Source: Chrysomallon squamiferum (lineage: Eukaryota; Animalia; Mollusca). Taken from it: a stretch of DNA of 64,000 bases. The notes under the pieces are model-generated. The model was not told where the DNA came from and ran no database searches. It was given only the letters and a program-made list of their open reading frames with translations. Made by a program: the position numbers and the translations under genes. Numbering within the stretch: the stretch's first letter is position 1; every line of letters starts with the position of its first letter. Positions 52,301 through 64,000 of this stretch are shown here, piece by piece. The stretch lies in assembly GCA_012295275.1 (NCBI GenBank), contig CM022670.1, positions 23,994,001 through 24,058,000 of the forward strand, given 5' to 3'.

Positions 52301-52985
52301 AACAACTGCACATCAAAACTGGTATTATACACTGCATGATAATTTCAACCAATGTAACTAAATAATATGCTACTCTGAAAACGTTTAGTAAAACAAACTT
52401 TTATTGCAATATATATATATATATAAAAATTATAAAAATTAAAAATTAAATAAAATGTTGTTATTATGAAATATAGTATTTTAAAACTATTATAAGAAGG
52501 TAGATATGCCTGGAAAACACACGTGGTTATACTTTTTGAAAGTGGGGGGAAAGATATATATATATATATATATATAAAAAAAATAATAATAATATTTGCT
52601 ATGAATTAGCTTAATGTGTAATAATTTAAAAATAAATCTTTTATCTGAACTTACATTAATTAAAAAATAAATATATATATCATTCTGAAGAAGATGGAAT
52701 ATGGAAAATTGAAGATGCAAGCTCATTTAGTTCTAAAGATACTGAGTATTTGGTTTAATACTTTGAAAAAGAATTTTAATAATAAACTTAATAACTTAAT
52801 AAGTAAACATTAATATTAAATACACATTAACGAATGTCAAAAGAAAACTTAAAAGTAAATAAATACATTCGTAATAAAAACTAATATTCAATCACAACAT
52901 CCTAAATATAAAACTATTCTAATGTACGTAACTAATGTAAATATAACATTCAAATATAATAAAACAAATCAATATTAACCTCCAT
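46350..52985 (-). CDS. TECR: Very-long-chain trans-2,3-enoyl-CoA reductase; exons 52985-52980, 51882-51832, 51224-51173, 50055-50011, 49699-49596, 49078-48966, 48499-48394, 48236-48164, 47691-47648, 47424-47367, 46892-46758, 46477-46350
   Basis: [129 protein letters not shown]. Confidence 0.96.
47752..47848. repeat. A-rich ~41-bp tandem repeat (~2.3 copies) in a TECR intron
   Basis: AAAATTCAAAGAAAAAAAGGA(n)GAATGAAAG unit repeated. Confidence 0.8.
49233..49542. mobile_element. Degenerate hAT-type MITE (~310 bp) in a TECR intron
   Basis: Imperfect TIRs CAAGAGTTGGCAACC / GGTTAGCCAATCCCTG, a subterminal GCGGGCTGAATGTGGCCTGTGGTCC motif like those of hAT MITEs, and 8-bp flanks GTCTAACC / GTTTAACA (6/8 match) as a decayed target-site duplication. 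Confidence 0.7.
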
Positions 52986-53180
52986 CTTCAGCAAACACAA
53001 AACACTTCCAACAATAAAATTGGTAGAATGAGATCAGAGTTATCCCTCTTCAATAATCGTTACGCCTGTAATAAATTAATAATTATGGAGAGAGCGACAA
53101 TTGTTTATCAAATTATATTTAATACTTTATTGTTGATAACCATAATTATTTTAAATAAATTAAATATATATATATATATA

Positions 53181-53211
<31 letters not shown>

Positions 53212-55689
53212 TTATGGCTTGATAAGTTGATTTTTTTTTTATCACCGTTTATAAAAAAATGACAGCTTTATATTTATTTTTTATTTTATTTTATTTTTTC
53301 TGATTAACCTTCTAAATCAGAAAAAATAATATTTGGAATAGCGGAGCATCGGGCAGTGTGTATGTCCGTAATCAATGCGTTGTACAGCACGAGCATCCGC
53401 ACGATTTACTCTTTCCAGTGTTCATGTTGGTTCTCACCTTGTGATTTATTCAGGGCTGTCATATGTTTTCGTGTATATGGGAAGGAACACATAAAACTTA
53501 AGACGCCAAAGTCAATTATTCAGACATAACTATATCACCAAATAAATTTTTAAGTCCCTACCAAAATTTACAATTTATATTTTTAAATTTATATTATATA
53601 TATATTTTTTAAATTATTATCATTTTTATTTATTTATTGTTTTATGCAAGTTTCTTTAATATTAACAGATAACAGTAACTCACAGGTTTGTAGATAAAGA
53701 TTTTAATATAATCACTAATAATAGTTAAACTAAGCTGAAGTATTATTTAATAAATAGAGCATTTATAATTCTTGTTCTGGCTGTCAGTAAATAAATAAAC
53801 TTAATTTAGTTTCCAGTTCAGTAAATGCTACATTAAATCTTAATTATATGCGATAAAACTGGCTGATACATTTCTAAAATTGAACAATAACATGAAGTAA
53901 TTACAGAGAAGACAGGTCAATGAAAAAAAAAAAAAAAAGATACAAAAACATTATGAAATGAAATGATCAATACTGTAGCGTCTTTTTTAAATTACAGTCT
54001 AGTGCTAATGAACTCCAACATAGGTATGCATTATCTTTTAGCTCAGTAAATGCTACATTTAATCCTGGTTATACTGTGTTAAGTTTTCTCAAAGTATATT
54101 TGTATATGTAAGGGGATCAAAGTGAATAATAAAATGAAAAAAAATCCAAACATATGACAAGGATACAATAGTGAAAAGTTGATGGATGGTAGACATTATG
54201 CATAGGATACATTTTTTTGTTTTGTTTTTTTCAGTTGTTATATGATGTAATAGTGTGATACTAATATGAATTATGTGAACATCAAAAATTATGTATACTG
54301 TATTTTAAATCATTTTTGAAGTTTTATTTATAAAGTAATCTCCATTTTTTGGAAATGCCCTCTTTTTGACAACCAACAGCTGATCTATTTTTTTTTTTTT
54401 TGCAAAGCCTTATTCAATACTGATGCACAAACTGAAATGAAACATGTGTCTAATTTTTTTACATAATGGAATGCAAGGAGTCCAAAGAGGAACTCGTTTG
54501 GCATGTACTCGGAACAAGAATGCTGCAGAATCGGGCAGAATGGAGCAGACTGTAGCCAAAGTCACAAAACAAATAAACATTCACACTTTAATAATAACTG
54601 AATATAAATCTTTTGTTAATGGGTGATAAACTTTTCACTGAAGAGTGTCTATATCAAGCCTTTTTTTTAACACTTAAGTTACATAATTAAACATTGCGTT
54701 TTGTCATTATTGTGTTTACCTTTACAATAACTGTTAGCAATGAATAAAAGATCTTTTAGAAATTGCCTTGAAAAGTCAGGTAATGTGTAGTTTGCCTCAG
54801 ATATTTCCTACTTCCTTATTTATTATGTCTGGAATATACTTAGGGAAATTTTATATGTTTCAGCCTGCTTACCTGCAGCCTAGATGCAAACTGTAAACTA
54901 CTTCATTAAGCAGATTTAAGAACAACATAACACAAAGATAAAAAAGAGAAAGATATATTTTATATTATCATGATAAATATCATATGTTTAATAAGTATAT
55001 CTATTTACACATTTCTGTAACATCTTTAATTTCCTTTCATTCCATAATTTATTGATAGCAAATATATATTTCAATTTCAAGTACAGAAATATTAATAACA
55101 ATTTTATTTGTATGACAGCAGTATTAGAACTAAATTTTAATTATATATAAAGGTACAGTAAAAATATTCAGATTTACAAGACTGTCAAACTCCAAACAAT
55201 ATTTAAATAAGGGGAAAAAAATAAGTGAATAGGTTTTCTACTGTTTATCCTTTTATATTTCATAGCCAATTTATTTTTATACAAATGATAAATTAAAAAT
55301 AAGTAAATAAATAATTCCCACATAAAAAAAAAAATAATAATAATAATTTTTTTTATATTCCAAAAATTGTAAGCCATAATTTAATTTTTTTTTTTTTTTT
55401 AGATTTTTTATTTATGTACATATTCTTGTATCATTATTATGAAGGATCTGAACCCATTAGTAGAAAATATTTCAAGAACAACACATAAATACAGTCAGTA
55501 TATGTGTTTAAAACTGGGACAGTTAAAACACAAATTATAATTTTTAAAATGTACATAAAAATAAATTCCAGACAGTAGATAATAAATAAATAATATATAC
55601 ATCTATACATATATATATATATGTTATGAATGAAAAGGTATCTTAACATTTTATTTTTTAACGAGATATGCATCTTCAACAATATTGAT

Positions 55690-56165
55690 ATGTCATTTAT
55701 AGTTTCCATGTAATTGTACAACATAAATTACAGGTACCAATAACATCGTCTAGTTTCTAACCTTACATGTTACTCAACAACATGAAAAAAACACCTTGAC
55801 AGGTAAATCTACAACAAACAAAACCAGTTCTAATGACATGACCTGGCTTCTCTCCTTGTATATGATTCGAAAATATATTTAAATAATAATAATAATAATA
55901 ATAATAAAAACAAAATCAATTCTAATGACATTGCATAGTTTCTGATATGTACGTAACTCTTAAAACATTAAAAACAGTTACATTGACTTTACCTAGTTTC
56001 TAATTTTATATCTAATTTCAGAACATAAAGCAATACAAATGACTTGTCTAGTTTCTAATCATGTTTGTAATCATAGAAAAAGTTATAATGAAATTACTTG
56101 TTTCTAATCTTGTATGTAATTGAACTACATAAAAAATAAATCAATACTAATGACATAATCTAAAC
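55690..56165. repeat. Degenerate minisatellite, ~55-90 bp spacing, core AATGAC-N4-5-TAGTTTCTAA...TGTAAT...ACATAAA, about 7 copies
   Basis: Cores near 55741, 55831, 55923, 55983, 56038, 56088 and 56148. Confidence 0.6.
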
Positions 56166-57976
56166 AAAAATAATTTAAGTCATATCTAATTATAACATGT
56201 AATGTACATATATTTTAATTTCAAGAAGCACAGAATAAAAAGGTTCTGCCTAACTAACATAAGCTGCACATTGATCCCAACATTAATTACAGTAAAAGAT
56301 ATGAAATGCATTTAGATTTTATACACTTTAAAAATAATGCATTTTTCAAAACGTTTTATTTATGTTTACAAATTTCAGCCATGTAGTTATTGTATGATTT
56401 CATGAAATATATCACATGATAACAAAAACTGATGACATTATTTATGACCATAAAGCATATTTAATAAGAAACAAAAAATTAATCCCATTTTAAATCTTTC
56501 TATAAACCTTTGATAAATATAATACTAAACACACTGAATTACACACATACACTCACTCACTATATGGCTTACTATGCATGCACACACACATACACACAGA
56601 CACACACACAGACACAAATACAGACACTGAATTTGTTTTGTAGATGATCAGAAAATATGAGATATGTATTGATTAATTATCAAGTGAATGTAAAGTAGAT
56701 TATTTATGCATCTTTTTTAAACTAAATCTTCTCACTCAGACATGAAGGAACAGGAAAACATTCCTTAGCTCTATTTAATGCATATTACAAAACATAATAT
56801 TCATTCAAACAAAATACATATATGATGAAACAAATTTAAAAAGTAAAATGCAAATTAAACAGCAATCTGATGCTGATAGCATATACCAGCTTCCATTTTA
56901 AAAATATCACAGCATAACTTGGCATTTTACTAGATTTGTTGACAAACACTATTATTCATGAGGTCTTTTCTTACACACAGTATAAACACAAAACATGAAG
57001 GATGTTTATTATGTTAGCAAAAATTAATTAAAAACTGTTCAAAATAGTGATGGATACAATTCATTTTGGAATTCAAATTTAATAATATAAAACTAATAAC
57101 TACTAATGTGTTTTTATGAAGGATATGAAACAGATATTTTAAAAGTATATTTCTTTTATATTACAGTAAAAGACATTTACTAATAAGACATAAACTGCAT
57201 ACTTACAACCTGATTCAACAAAAAAAGAAAGACAAAAAAATAAAAATATAAAATAAAAATTGTATATGAGAGATCTCCAAATTTATACCTGACACTTTCA
57301 TGTCTTTTTCTTATTAACACTGTTAATTCTTTAATGCTACCTTAATGTTGTAAGACAGGAGATATTTGTGAGACAGTCTCCATTTGAACTGAATAAATGC
57401 TTTTAATCAAAGAATGAAAGTGCTCATTAACCACACACACACACACACACACTTGTTAACTAGTTTACATGAACATTACAATCATGGCAAGACAGTTACC
57501 ATTCTGAAATTTAAGTAAGTTGTTCACTTTGAAATGTTAAAACTGATCTGAAATTAAATATTAATTAATATTAATGGCTTTAACATGCACTTTGTCAGAT
57601 TGAAAATCTCTTATCTTGTTAAGCAATAATATTTTTAGTACCTGAAAAAAATAAACAGATCTGTTTTACTGAGTTTAATAATGAATCTGATTTGTTTTCA
57701 TGAGATCCACAAGATTACACCAAATCTGTGTTTTAACAAAATTGGTAAATTTATTTTTTATATAAATGCAAATTTTAAATGTTAGATAAATATTAGATTA
57801 TGGTAGTATTATCTATCACATAATATCATTTCATTTTATATCACTAAACCATACAAATAATAAGGACTGCAGAAAACAAAAAGAATTTCTCTAAATGAAA
57901 GCATTCTCTCTTGTCAAGAATAGTCACAGTCTTATTAGTCTGCATAATCAGCAATGAGTTGGAAATAAATTCCAGT

Positions 57977-61364
<3,388 letters not shown>

Positions 61365-63638
61365 GATGGGACAACTGAAATGGCTTTCAAAATAAACTAC
61401 ATATCGGCTGAACAAAAGAAGGTAACCATACTAATAACTACACATTTTTAATTGGTGAATACTGCTTGCTCATTCTTCACTGCCAGTTACCAAAACTACC
61501 CTAACGAGCAGTCATTATCTTTCTTCAGTTAATTCTTTAATACCTGCTGAATTGTAATGGCAAGTGGGATAGAATTAACAATACTACAAGCATTGTTTTC
61601 TTCTTGAATGTATATTCATTATTTGCAGCTAACCAGAATAGATATCAAGATTTATTTTTAGTAACAGAATTTCACTGGGAATTTGAGTCAGTGAATTTTG
61701 TTTCTGTGTATGTATATGAAAATGTATATATGTATGCATACATTTTTGTTTATATATATGAACTTGCACCCAAAGATTTATTATCAACAAACCAAATTTC
61801 TTTTACAAATGGCCATGAAAAGCATGCGTAACAAATGTGTTATTTTATTTATCCAAAGCATTAGCCTGTAGATCAATATTATGCCCTAAATTCAATGATC
61901 TTATTCACATCTCAGTTTATATTACAATGCTTAAAAATCAATTGTTAGAAATGTTATCTGTTACTTATTTATTTATATAAACCTTTACTTTCTCAGAAAT
62001 ATAATTTTTACTGCAAGATATCTTTACAGGAACCAAATAAATGAAATTTATATATTTTCTAAAATATAACAAAGATTGAATAATTTTGTCCTACTAATTT
62101 TATCTCTGTAACATAACTTAACTTTGCATATACATATTTAAAAAAAAATATTAAGTTTTAAATTGATTTTAAATGGAATCTAAAAGAGATTGTAAATAAC
62201 AGCAGGAACAATAATAATGCATTTCAAAATTCATAAACTTTAAGGTACATTTTAATATAACTGGTAATATTTGTAAAATTTAGGTTGCTCTTACACTATT
62301 TATATTATCAAATAGTTTTGGTTAATTGTGACTAATGTTTTACTCATGTGTTGTTGATATCCATGAGATGACAGAAATCCAGTTATTATAAACAGTTTCT
62401 TACTTTTTCAACCTTTTTTCTTTTATTTATACTGAGTCTGTTAAAGGAAACAGATAAATGATTACAAAGCCTATAATGCAAACCTTTACCCAAGTCACCT
62501 AGCAGTGACCCAAAATCATGTAAGTAAACACCTGTGAAGACAAAGCTACATACCTGCTTGGTGGATTCTAGATTAAAATCTACCTTCATAACTCCTTTCT
62601 GACTGACAGTTCCAAATAACTGTTAGTTTGTAAAAGTGGTCAGAATCCTTTTCACTTACAGTCAGAACTACACAGCTATTATTTCAGTGTGTACAGTTGA
62701 TATTTATTGAACAATAAGCTAATTATCCAGACCTTGATGTTATTAATGTGGATACAACAAGTCACATAAATGCTACCAATGTGTGTCATTTCCAAAGATA
62801 GGTATGGACAGACTATACAGTAGACTACCTAATAAATCGACCATTTCATGTCCAGACTTGAACTTAGAACATAGCATTAAATATTCATTTCACAAGTAAT
62901 TTGTTTTTCTCCCTGGTGGGTGAAATGTGAACAGTCATGCATGCAGCAACAATCATTTAAGTGTAGTAATGTGGTGAATTTGTGATGTCTTAAGGTAACT
63001 TTATCCAAGTTTTATAGAGAATTGTATAACACTGCATGATTAGGAAATAGATACAGATACTATTTATAACAAATACACAAATTCTTTTTTATGCTTGCAA
63101 GCATGTTATCACTTTCAAAAAATAGAATAAATAAATAAATAAATAAATAAATAAACAAATATATAAATAATAATAATAATGAAAATAAAAGAAAGAAAAA
63201 AGACAGAAAGAAAAAGAAAAAGAAAAAAGAAATAAGATAAGAAATAATAAAACAAAGAAATTTGTTATTACAATTGCAAATGTAATAAAAATAACAATAA
63301 ATTAAGAAATAAATAGAAATGAAACCATTAACTACTTGATGTAGATAAATTATCATTTCTGTATCTAAAATAGCATTAATTCCTCAATGTAATTAATTAC
63401 CATTGTCAGTAGTCAGTTTGAATAATAAATTGTTATTTAAGAAAGAATATAGTTAGGGAACAAAATTAATTTATACTTTAACTCTGGAAACAGGTGAAGT
63501 AGCAAGTCAGGTAAACAGTTTATAATACTGTATTTTTTATTATGTTTATAAAAAAATAATTTAATTAATTAATTTAAAAAAAAAAATTTTTTATCTGAGA
63601 CAACCCATTGCTTAAAAATAGTATACCTGAACATTAGA

Positions 63639-63795
63639 GATTTGTTAACAATCAGTTGTGATAATGATAACACTGATTATTACCTCTGTAGTCATCATTC
63701 CAGAAAATGATGACAACGATTTGTTAACAAGCAGTTGTGATAATGATAACACTGATTATTACCTCTGTCGTCATCATTCCAGAAAATGATGACAA
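63639..63795. repeat. Near-identical two-copy tandem repeat, period 79 bp, each unit with a 9-bp-stem hairpin
   Basis: Units start at 63639 and 63718 (about 2 mismatches); GTCATCATT-CCAGAA-AATGATGAC is a perfect inverted repeat. Confidence 0.93.
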
Positions 63796-64000
63796 ACACA
63801 AAAACTTAACCATTTGGTTCATCTGTTGTTGTTTTTTTAAAAATAATCTTATCTTGGTGTTTTTGTTAACAAAATTTATCATTTCAGTTACAGCTATTTA
63901 TTTTGTTCATCCTCGTCTAAAAAAACAACTGCTGCTAGTGTATTATTTTAAATTCACTCCATTCTTTGACAAAGGAATTATCTTAGTGGTATCCTCCCAA

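Noticed and set aside
55690-56165. Repeat-spacer-like pattern considered as a CRISPR-like array
   Set aside because: Eukaryotic context, degenerate repeats, irregular spacing and no cas genes; retained only as a minisatellite.

Overview
Very AT-rich, intron-rich animal genomic DNA. Protein similarity and repeat style suggest a lophotrochozoan, probably a mollusc (inference). By hand-splicing GT-AG exons I reconstruct eight conserved genes: the 3' end of AGL (+), LMBRD2 (-), an intronless CRCP/RPC9 (+), NDUFB6 (+), ALKBH7 (-) head-to-head with CFAP57/WDR65 (+), TECR (-) and a NIPA2-like Mg transporter (-). There are also DNA-transposon relics (two Tc1/pogo-type elements with TIRs and TA target duplications, an hAT-like MITE, a decayed MULE transposase) and several tandem repeats. 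The most unusual part is a ~6.5 kb accessory island between LMBRD2 and CRCP. It holds a spliced orphan type I membrane protein (signal peptide, ~35-aa ectodomain, TM, long tail built of repeated acidic Y-L-x-P modules), a decayed Cys-rich exon inside that gene, and a disrupted coding relic that resembles tandem CARD domains. Also notable are three paralogous candidate microexons in one CFAP57 intron and a +1 frameshift in CFAP57 coding exon 2 that an in-frame alternative acceptor could bypass. All identifications are by eye and recalled similarity; no searches were run.
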